This document shows positions 21,281 to 30,332 of a stretch of 64,000 bases of DNA, one piece after another. Within the stretch, counting starts at the first letter, position 1. Every line of letters starts with the position of its first letter. A program made the translations under genes and the position numbers. The DNA is taken from positions 800,001 to 864,000 of the forward strand of contig CBDCJO010000002.1 in assembly GCA_965217865.1 (NCBI GenBank), written 5' to 3'. The notes under the pieces were generated by a model that saw nothing but the letters and a program-made list of their open reading frames with translations, searched no databases and was not told where the DNA came from. This stretch comes from Candidatus Latescibacterota bacterium. GTDB lineage: Bacteria; Latescibacterota; UBA2968; SICM01.

Positions 21281-21813
21281 GCGTTCCCCTTTCCGGATCC
21301 ACGGCTGTGGTTCCGCCTCTTTCCCCGGGTAAGCCCGAAGAAGGCAAAGCCGTTCCATTGGCTGCCGGTGACCTGCCGGGCGATGGCGGAGAGAGACCGG
21401 TAGCGGCGTTCCTCGAACGCGAAGCCGTCATCGAGCACCTGCACCACCAGGTCGCGGCCCTGGAAGGTGCGTACCAGAAGCGTCCCCGGCAGGGGCAGCC
21501 GCCGGTCCCGCGAGGGCGACAGGCGACCGGCCGTCGTCCGCGCCTGCTCCGCCGCCGTGCCCGGCCTGCTCCGGTCCCGCGGGGCGCGCAGTCTCAGGTC
21601 CGCATCGTTGGCCAGTTCCCCGGCGCGCCGCCGGGCCCGCTCCGAGAGGCCGCCCTCGGCCAGGGCCTGCAGACGCCAGGAGATCCGCTTGCGCAGGAAC
21701 GCCTTGTGGTACGAGCGGGTTTCCTCCCCGAAGACCTCGAGGTACTTCTCCCGCAGTTCACCCACCGTCATCCGGGAGAGCCCCTGAATCTGTTGAACCG
21801 TGCCGGCTTCCAT
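21277..21813 (-). CDS. DUF2924-domain protein
   Basis: WRLQALAEGGLS, PGTLLVR..G, Y.SLSAIARQVTGSQWNG..FFGL; ATGA overlap with the recombinase. Confidence 0.88.
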   Translation of the reverse strand: MEAGTVQQIQGLSRMTVGELREKYLEVFGEETRSYHKAFLRKRISWRLQALAEGGLSERARRRAGELANDADLRLRAPRDRSRPGTAAEQARTTAGRLSPSRDRRLPLPGTLLVRTFQGRDLVVQVLDDGFAFEERRYRSLSAIARQVTGSQWNGFAFFGLTRGKRRNHSRGSGKGNA

Positions 21814-22344
21814 ACGGAATCCTCCCTTCCCTTGGGGATATAAAGCCCTTAACCTTTTCAATATGAACGACTTGTGTGGCCGGCATGTCAAGTCGTTTCT
21901 GCCCAATGTCCCAGATTCTTCGGACGGCTACTGGCGGCTGTTCCGGAAACGCGGGAAGCCCTGCGCCAGGAGCGAGGCGAGGGAGAGTCTCGTCGAGCGA
22001 GTCAGGAAGGGGGTCGAGGTCAGGCTCCAAGGAGGATGCTTGCCGGAGGAATTTCCGAAACGTCGAAACCGGCCGTCCGGATGCAATCGGGCTGTTAAAC
22101 AAGGCCGACTGAAAAAACAGAGAATCGGAGAATCCGGAGGAGATATCTCTGCTCAAGCGGGCGCAACCCCACGGTTGTGCTTGCAATCCCGGGGGGAGCG
22201 CTTCGAAACAGAGAATTTGCAGAGAGGGGGGAAGATGGCATAAGCGTTTGTGAATACGGCAGAAACGACAAAACCCCGAAGGGGTTGCCCCACGGGGTCT
22301 GGCGTTAACGGACGACCGCCTAAGTTGGCGGATGGGAATATGGC

Positions 22345-22442
22345 TCCCCGGCCGTCACGACCTCCATTCCATCGGTTTGAAGGGTCGCTTGAATTGAGGA
22401 CTGAGTATGTTCATCCTGGTCGATTACGACCACCCTTGCCAT
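22345..22442 (-). pseudogene. REC-GGDEF diguanylate cyclase, 5' part (first ~32 codons)
   Basis: MARVVVIDQDEHTQSSIQATLQTDGMEVVTAG is the start of a REC domain; it continues in frame at 11317. Confidence 0.85.
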
Positions 22443-22609
22443 TGGGCCCCTCCCGTGCTCCTGGAGTTTTGACCGTTTCTTCTTTTGATAATTCAACAAA
22501 CTTCGTTTGGATCCTGGCTTTACGGATTCCAAGAATCAGAAGACCAGACTCTCCGCTCATGCCGTTTAAGTTGACCAGAGGATCGCTCCGTCAGGGTGTC
22601 CTTTCAATG

Positions 22610-23023
22610 TCACTTCCTCTTCTTGGGTGCGGTTTTTTTCAAGCCCGTTCCCTGTTCGGTGGATGTGGATGAAGCCTTTTCGGGGAGGTCATAATTTGCT
22701 TCGCTCAAAGATAGGCTTCCAGAAAGCATGGTGCGTATCTGCTGATCGGTCGCCTTAAGCCCATCCAGTTCTTTTGAAAGTTCCTCAACTTTGTGTGAGT
22801 TGGCCCGAAGCCTTGCATTTTCGACCTTGAGCGTTTCCATCGATGCGCTCCAGGTCTTTAGATGCCAGACGGCCAAGCCGCCAAACACTGTCATGATCAT
22901 GCCGACACCCACAAACACGACCATGATTTTCAGGAGGAGCGAACTAATCTTAAGTTCATGTGTCCGGGAGCCATCGTCCGGCACGATTAGAATGGAATAG
23001 GTCTTTACTCGTTTTTGAAGCAT
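22610..23023 (-). CDS. Membrane-anchored coiled-coil protein resembling the N-terminus of M23 peptidases
   Basis: YSILIVP, one TM helix, coiled coil; no catalytic domain. Confidence 0.6.
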   Translation of the reverse strand: MLQKRVKTYSILIVPDDGSRTHELKISSLLLKIMVVFVGVGMIMTVFGGLAVWHLKTWSASMETLKVENARLRANSHKVEELSKELDGLKATDQQIRTMLSGSLSLSEANYDLPEKASSTSTEQGTGLKKTAPKKRK

Positions 23024-23106
23024 AGTTCACCGTTTCAGGCAGCATCCATGAATTGCGCTTTCTCAGTTCGGGGATACCGCGAGAGGAGATCGAGGCCAAC
23101 GCAAAC

Positions 23107-23856
23107 TTATACGTCGAAGCCTGAGATGGTTCCCTCGTGTATCTCGATATCCTCCCGTTTTCTGATTCGATCGACCTGACCATCACGAAGGTCGACGACC
23201 CTGTCCGATGCGACGAGCATCTTATGATCGTGGGTGTTGGTTACGATGGTCGATCCGCTTTCAGCGTTCAACTGCTTGAGGAGTTCGATAATTTCGGTAC
23301 CCGTTCTCAGGTCCAGATTGCCGGTGGGTTCGTCAGCCAAGATGAGCGCGGGATCATTGGCGATGGCTCGGGCGATGGCAACGCGTTGCTGTTGCCCCCC
23401 GGATAGCTCGAAAGGTTTATGATGGAGGCGGTCCCCCAGGCCCACCTGTTCGAGCTTGACCCCGGATTTTTCGGTGTATTCTGATTTGGACATACCGGCG
23501 AAGACCATCGGCAAGGCGACATTCTCCAGGGCGGTCATAACCGGGATGAGGTTGAAAGACTGGAAGATGTAACCTATGTTGTGACATCGGAGATATGCGA
23601 CCTGACGTTGGTCAAGGGTGCTCATATCGATGTTGTGAATGAGGACATTCCCCGAAGATGGCCTGTCGAGGGCTCCGATCATGTTAAATAGCGTGGTCTT
23701 TCCCGATCCGGAAGGGCCCATGATCGAAAGATATTCTCCCTGTTCGATCGTCAGATGAATCCCCTTCAAGGCATCCAGCCGTATGTCCCCCATGACATAT
23801 GTCTTCCAAACGTCGTGGACTTCGACGATGAGATTCCCGTTGGATATCTCTCCCAT
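23107..23856 (-). CDS. ABC transporter ATP-binding protein (LolD/MacB-like)
   Basis: GPSGSGKT, LSGGQQQR, LADEPTGNLD. Confidence 0.93.
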   Translation of the reverse strand: MGEISNGNLIVEVHDVWKTYVMGDIRLDALKGIHLTIEQGEYLSIMGPSGSGKTTLFNMIGALDRPSSGNVLIHNIDMSTLDQRQVAYLRCHNIGYIFQSFNLIPVMTALENVALPMVFAGMSKSEYTEKSGVKLEQVGLGDRLHHKPFELSGGQQQRVAIARAIANDPALILADEPTGNLDLRTGTEIIELLKQLNAESGSTIVTNTHDHKMLVASDRVVDLRDGQVDRIRKREDIEIHEGTISGFDV

Positions 23857-23977
23857 CTCTTATCTCCAGTCAAAATTCGAGTCGGATCGGTTGGGTAAGA
23901 TCGTTTAACAGGGCAAAATCTATTTAACTTTGGGGACAAAGTCAAAGAAAAAAGGGGGCGCAAAAGGAAACGGGAGG

Positions 23978-24070
23978 TGAGGGTCAGGGCAAGAAGTCAG
24001 AGGTCGGAGGTCAGGGGTCAGGGAAAGGCAGTAGCAGGTGGCAGTGGCGGGGAGAGCAGGGCAGTAGCAT
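23978..24070 (+). repeat. Intergenic heptamer/hexamer degenerate tandem array
   Basis: GAAGTCA GAGGTCG GAGGTCA GGGGTCA followed by GCAGTA/GCAGTG units; similar array at 46910-47045. Confidence 0.7.
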
Positions 24071-24148
24071 AAGCCCAGGCTGATCTTTTTGCAACTCCCT
24101 CGTCCCCTTCTGTTTGGATTTGGATGTTCTTTTTTTCTTTGGTTAACG

Positions 24149-24345
24149 CCCTCATCCCCTTTATCCCCTTTTCCCGCCCTTCGACAGGCTCAGGACCAGC
24201 TTAGCAGGAGAAGGGGACGATGACATTAATTTCGCTATATATATTAAGAATCTCGTCTTTTCCTTCAAAAACAATCAGATCATTTCGATCTCCCCTCTCC
24301 CGGCACCCGGGAGAGGGGTGCCGAGATTGCGAGGCGGGGTGAGGG
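24149..24345. repeat. Dispersed palindromic element, copy 2 (inverted relative to 8530-8706)
   Basis: Shares ccctcatcccct...gcttagcaggagaaggggacgatgacatt...tctcgtcttt...cccctctcccggcacccgggagagggg with the reverse complement of copy 1. Confidence 0.8.
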
Positions 24346-24431
24346 AGCCCGACGGCGTTCATTGGGTTCAGAAGCTGAGAATACAGTTTGACTTTCGAAA
24401 CAATCCACTGATCCGTTATCGAACTCCTTTC

Positions 24432-25631
24432 CTACCGAGTCGATGGTTTTCCTCGTTGATCCTGACCGAGGGACCCCGGTTGGTTGATTCGGATGAACCG
24501 GGAGAGGATAAGGGCGACGACGGAGAGCGCGACTCCCAATGAGAATATCGTTTCGTATCCTGCGGTTATCCAGAGATAGCCGCCGATGAGGGGCACAGTG
24601 ACCGCCGCGATATGGTTCATGGTAACTCCCATTGAAAGCGTTGGTCTCAAATCCCCCGGGTCGGTGATCTTGCTGATGTACGTGGTGGTGGACATGGATA
24701 GCAGGAGGAAGAGGGAATCGAGGACGTAGAGAACACATAAGGGTCCCACGGAGTGGAAGGTGGCAAATCCGAGGAAAACCAGACCCATCTGGGTATAATT
24801 CAACGTGAGGGAAGTGCGTTCTCCGAAGCGATCTATGAACCGGCCGACGTGAGGCCCGAGAATAAAGGCCAGCATATTGTTTATTAAAGCAAGGATGGCG
24901 ATCTGTTTCACACCGACGTGATAGACCTTAACGAGTGTAAAGGCTGCGAACGTGTTGAAGATCACCCGCCTACAGCCATCGAGAACATGGAGTCCATAGA
25001 ACAGGCCGTACTTCTTCTTCAGGATAAACCTGTCGGGAATATAGTTGCCAACAGTTCGGTCCATTGCGAATAATCCTATGGCACCGGCGGCGCCGACTAC
25101 TCCGGCAAGGGCGTATATATGATGGTACCCAATGGAATCGGCAAAGAGATAGACGACCCCGATTCCGAATAGGGTAGCCACCGCACCCACGCTGCGAATC
25201 TGACCGAGTCTCCGGCCACGCTCGTGTTTGCCTGCCAGGCTGAGGTTGATCGTCTCAGCAAGCGGGTACCAGGTGTGAAATCCGATGCTCCAGATGAAAG
25301 AGTAGAGGATGAGGACGGGGACTGTCGAGACTTGGGAATAACCTACGAAACCCGTCCCAAATATGAGCAAGGATAAGCCCGCCATCCGCGTTTCGGGGAA
25401 CCTGACGATCAGTCCTCCGATGAGTACGCCCAGCAGGCCGGGAATTTCGCGGATGGATTCCAGTATTCCGAGATGATGAGGAAGGAGCCCTAGTTGTTCC
25501 ACCGCGAAATTGTTGAAGACCGAAAAGTGGACCCCAAAGGTGAAACTTATACAGAATACTCCGGCAGCGAAGCGCAAAAATTGGCCACGAATCCTTGGGG
25601 GTTGCGACTGTTCCCGCTGGCGTGTGGTCAT
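24432..25631 (-). CDS. MFS transporter
   Basis: About 12 hydrophobic segments; LESIREIPG and GRFIDRFGER motifs. Confidence 0.88.
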   Translation of the reverse strand: MTTRQREQSQPPRIRGQFLRFAAGVFCISFTFGVHFSVFNNFAVEQLGLLPHHLGILESIREIPGLLGVLIGGLIVRFPETRMAGLSLLIFGTGFVGYSQVSTVPVLILYSFIWSIGFHTWYPLAETINLSLAGKHERGRRLGQIRSVGAVATLFGIGVVYLFADSIGYHHIYALAGVVGAAGAIGLFAMDRTVGNYIPDRFILKKKYGLFYGLHVLDGCRRVIFNTFAAFTLVKVYHVGVKQIAILALINNMLAFILGPHVGRFIDRFGERTSLTLNYTQMGLVFLGFATFHSVGPLCVLYVLDSLFLLLSMSTTTYISKITDPGDLRPTLSMGVTMNHIAAVTVPLIGGYLWITAGYETIFSLGVALSVVALILSRFIRINQPGSLGQDQRGKPSTR

Positions 25632-25811
25632 AAGGACAGACCGTCGGTTGGCTAAAGATTCCTCTTTGCGGCGTCAGGTTCCGGGGGGCATTCTGATGGG
25701 GTGTGACCTGGACGGTTTGGGGTTTCCGAGTTAGACCGCACGGTCAATAAAAAACCGAAACCTGTCTATCAGATTTCGGTTTACGATCGGTGAGGGACTT
25801 GGAATTCTCCT

Positions 25812-26321
25812 TTACCGCAAGGCCTTCCTATATGCCTCACCTTTCAGGACATAGTCCCGGGTGCCCTCCCTCATACGGTGGATGTCATCTTCGTTCAACT
25901 CCCGGATGATCTTGGCGGGAATTCCAACTGCAAGGGATCGTTCCGGGATTTCCTGACCTTCTTTGACGACCGCACCGGCAGCGATTAAGGCTTCGCGGCC
26001 GATTTTTGCGCCATTCAGGAGGATTGCGCCCATTCCAACGACCACACCTTCAGCGACAGAGCATCCGTGCAGTATGGCACGGTGGCCGACGGTTACCCTG
26101 TCCCCGACGATACAGGGAAAACCGGTGTCGACGTGAAGGATCGCTCCGTCCTGTATGTTTGTCTCTCGACCGATGACGATCCGGTCGTTGTCTCCGCGAA
26201 GGACGGCGTTGAACCATATCGAGGAACGATCACCAATCCGGACGCGCCCGATGAGCCTGACACCATCCGCGACGAAGACGGTTTGGGGGACTTCGGGTGA
26301 GAAGTTTTCGTATGAGATCAT
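25812..26321 (-). CDS. Gamma carbonic anhydrase family protein
   Basis: Hexapeptide repeats; LRGD, NIQDGAILH, VGH.AILHGC. Confidence 0.92.
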   Translation of the reverse strand: MISYENFSPEVPQTVFVADGVRLIGRVRIGDRSSIWFNAVLRGDNDRIVIGRETNIQDGAILHVDTGFPCIVGDRVTVGHRAILHGCSVAEGVVVGMGAILLNGAKIGREALIAAGAVVKEGQEIPERSLAVGIPAKIIRELNEDDIHRMREGTRDYVLKGEAYRKALR

Positions 26322-26357
26322 TATTTATCTTCGATCCGGAATGGGATCAAAAGGAAG

Positions 26358-27461
26358 TCAACGGCCCTTCTTTTTTTTTCCTTCTTTCGAACGATCCTTA
26401 TCCGGCCCCAGGGTAAATTCTCCTCCTCGCTGACCCCCGCCTCCCCCACTTATGATGCCGGAGATGAACCCAAAGGCTCCCAAGACGGAAGCCCCCCACA
26501 GGACGCTTTCTCCAACGGAGCCGTTGTTTTGCCATCCGAAGAGCGCCCCGAGAAGCGCGCCTGAAAGGACACCGCTTAAAGTAAGCCTCAACGCGTTGGA
26601 CGCCCTTCTGCTGCCGCCGGAGGAGTTAAATCGAACCACGGCGATATCATCCACCGGAACCTTCCGGGTCTCGATGTCCGTCTCCAACATGACAGACTCA
26701 CCGTCAAAGGTGGGGACGACTTCCCCACGAACCTGTTGACCGTCTTTGAGCGTGAGCTGGATTTGGGATCTTCGTGTGACGTGGTAAAAGGGTGTTATCA
26801 CTTGAAAGACCGTCTCCCGGTCAGTATATTGTGGATATTTCGACTCTTCATCTGAGCTGGAGTTCTTGGAAAGCTTGTAAGTGCCCCGCTTAATTTCCTC
26901 GTAGTGGTCGATGAAGTTTCGAATGTATTTCAATGAATATTTTTTCCGGAGTCGCAAAACCCTATTCTGGGTGTTTGTATCCGGACCGTGGGTGAGCTTG
27001 ACGGCCACGGAACTGTCGGGGAGCTGAATAAAGGTGGCGGACTTGAAACCCAGGACGGGTAGCTGGAGGGGCCGGATGAGGTTGGACTTGAAAAATGTTT
27101 CTCCCTGAAAGATTCCGTAATAGTTGCGCTCGGCGAGGTCTATGTGGGGTCCGATTTTTTCGCTTATGATAATAATCCTTCCCTGGATCTGTTTGTGGCG
27201 GACGATGCTCCACCCTTCGTCACTCCCCCTACCGCCTCCCACTATTTTGATAATTCCGCGGTTTTTCTTTTCATCTCCAGAGTCGATCCCCTCGTCTCCG
27301 TTACCCGTGTAGCGGGCTGCAAATTGAGAGTCGTCTTGGGTTGAATCAGACGCCGCTGGGTCACCCGCATAAACCCGATGGGGGCCGATGCTCGCCAGGA
27401 TAAAACTCATAAGCGTCAGTAATGTCACCAGCTTGTGAAATAACATGACGTTGTCCTCCAA
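26358..27461 (-). CDS. Hypothetical secreted/membrane protein
   Basis: Signal-peptide-like N-terminus and C-terminal glycine-zipper helices. Confidence 0.65.
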   Translation of the reverse strand: MEDNVMLFHKLVTLLTLMSFILASIGPHRVYAGDPAASDSTQDDSQFAARYTGNGDEGIDSGDEKKNRGIIKIVGGGRGSDEGWSIVRHKQIQGRIIIISEKIGPHIDLAERNYYGIFQGETFFKSNLIRPLQLPVLGFKSATFIQLPDSSVAVKLTHGPDTNTQNRVLRLRKKYSLKYIRNFIDHYEEIKRGTYKLSKNSSSDEESKYPQYTDRETVFQVITPFYHVTRRSQIQLTLKDGQQVRGEVVPTFDGESVMLETDIETRKVPVDDIAVVRFNSSGGSRRASNALRLTLSGVLSGALLGALFGWQNNGSVGESVLWGASVLGAFGFISGIISGGGGGQRGGEFTLGPDKDRSKEGKKKKGR

Positions 27462-27590
27462 TCAACGGCAATCTAAGAGAATCCCTATGGGATGTCAAGC
27501 GAAAGCCGAATCATCGATAAATATCCCGGCGCTCACTTCTTTTACGATTCGCCCCCCCATCCGTTCCGAGTTTTAATTCGAGGTGGAGTT

Positions 27591-28559
27591 ATGAACCGTG
27601 TGATACTGGACATGGACCCCGGCGTGGATGATGCGCTGGCTATCCTGCTATCCCTGAACTCCCCGGAATTTGACGTCATTGGTATCTCAACGGTGAGCGG
27701 AAATGTCGGGGTGGAATTATGCACCCGGAACGCCCTCCGGGTCCTAACACTGGTCGGACGCACGGACATTCCGGTTCATTCCGGGATGTCTCGGCCTTTA
27801 AAAAGGATGCCGATAAGGGCGGAGTTGATCCACGGGATGGGGGGGTTGGGGGACGCGGACCCTCCGGAGGCTGACTGTGCCGTCGAATCCGGGGATGCGG
27901 TGGGGTATCTTGTGGGAAGGTTGAACGACGAGTCGGGGGAGATTCTTTTGATCGCAACGGGGCCCGCGACGAACCTTGCCCAGGCGGAGAGAAGATCACC
28001 CGGTATTCTTAAAAAAGCACGCCGGGTGATCCTCATGGGGGGGGCGGTGCGAGAGGGGGGAAATGCAACCCCCACTGGGGAGTTTAACTTCGTAGCCGAT
28101 CCGCACGCAGCGCAGGAAGTACTTCGTTCCGGGGGGGACATCTTGCTTGTCCCACTGGACGTAACACATCGTTGTCTCCTGACGGAACCGGCGATCCGGA
28201 GGTTGGCGGATCAGAGGAACGTTGTGTCTGAATTCGTCTTAAAGGCCACAGCGCCATGCCGGGCATACATGAAAAAAGCGGAAGGCGTGGAGGGGATTCA
28301 TCTTCACGATCCCCTCGCCGTGGGCGTTGGGATCGATCCAACCCTATGTGACACGGAGGTCATGCGGGTCGAAGTGGAGACAGAGGGGGAACTTACGGCA
28401 GGACAGGTTGTTGTTGACCGGAGACAGCTTCTTGACAAGAACAGGAACGTTGGCGTGGACACAAAGGTCTGTGTGAGAGTGGACCGGGCCAGGTTTTTAG
28501 ATCTATTCCTTGATCGGGTTGGAGGGGAAACCCTACCCCGCACCCCCACCGGAATATAG
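27591..28559 (+). CDS. Nucleoside hydrolase (IUNH family)
   Basis: DMDPGVDDA, HG..GLG, EFNF..DP and LHDPLA motifs; RBS GGTGGAG. Confidence 0.93.
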   Translation: MNRVILDMDPGVDDALAILLSLNSPEFDVIGISTVSGNVGVELCTRNALRVLTLVGRTDIPVHSGMSRPLKRMPIRAELIHGMGGLGDADPPEADCAVESGDAVGYLVGRLNDESGEILLIATGPATNLAQAERRSPGILKKARRVILMGGAVREGGNATPTGEFNFVADPHAAQEVLRSGGDILLVPLDVTHRCLLTEPAIRRLADQRNVVSEFVLKATAPCRAYMKKAEGVEGIHLHDPLAVGVGIDPTLCDTEVMRVEVETEGELTAGQVVVDRRQLLDKNRNVGVDTKVCVRVDRARFLDLFLDRVGGETLPRTPTGI

Positions 28560-28655
28560 AATACAGAAGTCAGAAGATAATCAAAAGCGTCAAAGTTGGG
28601 GAACGTCGGAGGTTGAAGTGCATCACTCCAACCTCCAACCGATAATCCCCAATTT

Positions 28656-28898
28656 TTACGAGGCCTTTTTCAATCCTTCTTCCGGGGTTTGGTCAGCCTC
28701 CATCTGGAGGGCACTTTGCAATAGCTCGTTCGCCCGGCCTTTGAGGTCCAGGGCGTCTTTTTCGAACTTTGCCAGCTGGTCCATCAGATCATCAAACTCG
28801 ATTCGGGATTCAAACATCGGACAGTGAACCAGTTTCACTGTGATCGGTTGCTTGCAACTCTTGCTGCACTTCATGCAGAGGGCTGTAAACATGAACAC
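28656..28898 (-). CDS. Small Cys-rich hypothetical protein
   Basis: C-x2-C-x3-CKQ...CP followed by a coiled coil. Confidence 0.55.
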   Translation of the reverse strand: MFMFTALCMKCSKSCKQPITVKLVHCPMFESRIEFDDLMDQLAKFEKDALDLKGRANELLQSALQMEADQTPEEGLKKAS

Positions 28899-28952
28899 CT
28901 TTCGTGAATCCAGGGGGAGAAAAACGGCCCATCCTTCTGCTATTTTGTCACG

Positions 28953-29948
28953 TCATTGTGATTCCTCCTTTAGATTGGTCCTTTCCAGAATCTCTTTCAA
29001 GTTTTCAACCGTAAGGTTCCCTCCACTAAGGATCAGGACGATCTTCTTTCCGGCGAGTTGATCCCGCATGTTTAAGGCCGCGGCCAGAGGAGCGGCTCCG
29101 GCGCCTTCAGCCAGGTTATGGGTGGCTTTGAGCATGAGCAGGATGGCTCGTTCAATCTGTTCGTCGCTGACGAGTTGGATGTCATCGACGAGGTCCATGA
29201 TGATCGAGAGCGGGAGTTCGAACGGGATGCGGGTGGCCAGGCCCTCGGAGGAGGTGGCTGCTCTTTCTGTGTGGACGATTTTCCCGGCCTTGTACGAGAG
29301 ATAGACGGAAGGCGCACCTTCCGCCTGCACTCCGACGACCTGAGTTTTCGGGTTGATGGTCTTCGCGACGATGGCGTTTCCACTGACCGAAGACCCGCCG
29401 CCGATGGGAATGATCATGACGTCTGGATTCGGAAGGTCCTCGAAGATTTCAAGGGCCATGGTGCCCACGCCCGCGATCAGGTGGGGTTCATTCCCTGAGT
29501 TGATGAATACGGCTCCCTTTTGTCGGGCATAGTCCTCCGCAAAAATGCGGGTTTCGTCAAAGTCCGATCCGTGATACACGATTTCTGCGCCCAGGTTTTG
29601 GACAGCGGCTGCCTTGTCGGGGTTTGAGTGTTCGGGCATCAGGATATCAGCACGTACCCCGAAAAGACCTCCGGCGAAGGCGATGGATTGTGCGTGGTTT
29701 CCCGTGGATGCCGTGACGACCCCTGCCTTTCTTTCCTCCGGGGTCAGGTGGTGGAGTCGATTGATCCCGCCTCTGACCTTAAAAGCGCCGACGAGATGGT
29801 GGTTCTCGAACTTGACATAAACGTCCGCATTGAGCTTTTTTCCAAGGACGGAGCAGCGGTGCAGGGGGGTCTTCAGGAGATAGCGAGAAACCACTCCCCG
29901 AGCCGTCAGGACATCTTGAAAGGTCGGTCGTTCCCAACGATCTGTCAA
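28953..29948 (-). CDS. Threonine/serine dehydratase family PLP enzyme
   Basis: KFEN....GAFKVRG, ASTGNHAQ, PIGGG and LSGGN motifs. Confidence 0.9.
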   Translation of the reverse strand: MTDRWERPTFQDVLTARGVVSRYLLKTPLHRCSVLGKKLNADVYVKFENHHLVGAFKVRGGINRLHHLTPEERKAGVVTASTGNHAQSIAFAGGLFGVRADILMPEHSNPDKAAAVQNLGAEIVYHGSDFDETRIFAEDYARQKGAVFINSGNEPHLIAGVGTMALEIFEDLPNPDVMIIPIGGGSSVSGNAIVAKTINPKTQVVGVQAEGAPSVYLSYKAGKIVHTERAATSSEGLATRIPFELPLSIIMDLVDDIQLVSDEQIERAILLMLKATHNLAEGAGAAPLAAALNMRDQLAGKKIVLILSGGNLTVENLKEILERTNLKEESQ

Positions 29949-29952
29949 ATCG

Positions 29953-30294
29953 CTAATCCGCAGAAGACGGGCTGCTGATGGTGGACTCGTATATCTTCAT
30001 CGCGTTGATGATATCGGCGACGAGCTTCCCGATTACTGGGATATCTACGAAGTAAGAAAGAATTTGGATCCCAAGGCTGAGGAAGATTGCCGCAATCACG
30101 GTCGCCCCGATGGCGAACCCTACGCCTCGAGAGATTCCGAGTACAACGTTAAAGAAGATGACCTGGCGGGGTTTGGCATAGTACTCAGCCAGGCTCTTAA
30201 CCTCCATATGTTCTAACTGTGTGACCAGCTCACCGAGCCGGCCGATCAGGTGCTTCTGCGGAAGGTCGGGTCTGTCTTTTTTTTCGTCTTCCAT
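29953..30294 (-). CDS. DUF5665-like membrane protein
   Basis: N...GISRGVGFAIGAT...IPVIG pattern. Confidence 0.7.
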   Translation of the reverse strand: MEDEKKDRPDLPQKHLIGRLGELVTQLEHMEVKSLAEYYAKPRQVIFFNVVLGISRGVGFAIGATVIAAIFLSLGIQILSYFVDIPVIGKLVADIINAMKIYESTISSPSSAD

Positions 30295-30332
30295 ATCAGC
30301 TCTGTCCTCAGGACGGGTTTTAAACCCGACCG

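Larger units (their letters stand above)
11318..22344 (-). mobile_element. ~11 kb serine-recombinase integrative element / defence island inserted in the diguanylate cyclase gene
   Basis: Bounded by TCCCC at 11313-11317 and 22345-22349; removing it restores an in-frame REC domain. Carries DUF2924 plus a large serine recombinase. Confidence 0.85.

Noticed and set aside
11328-22351. 8-bp direct repeat CTCCCCGG (11328-11335 / 22344-22351) as the integration core
   Set aside because: Joining there leaves extra bases that shift the REC frame, whereas the TCCCC junction restores it.
22341-22352. TGGCTCCCCGG as the 3' end of a tRNA gene
   Set aside because: There is no T-arm or cloverleaf. The sequence is better explained as the element/REC-gene junction.
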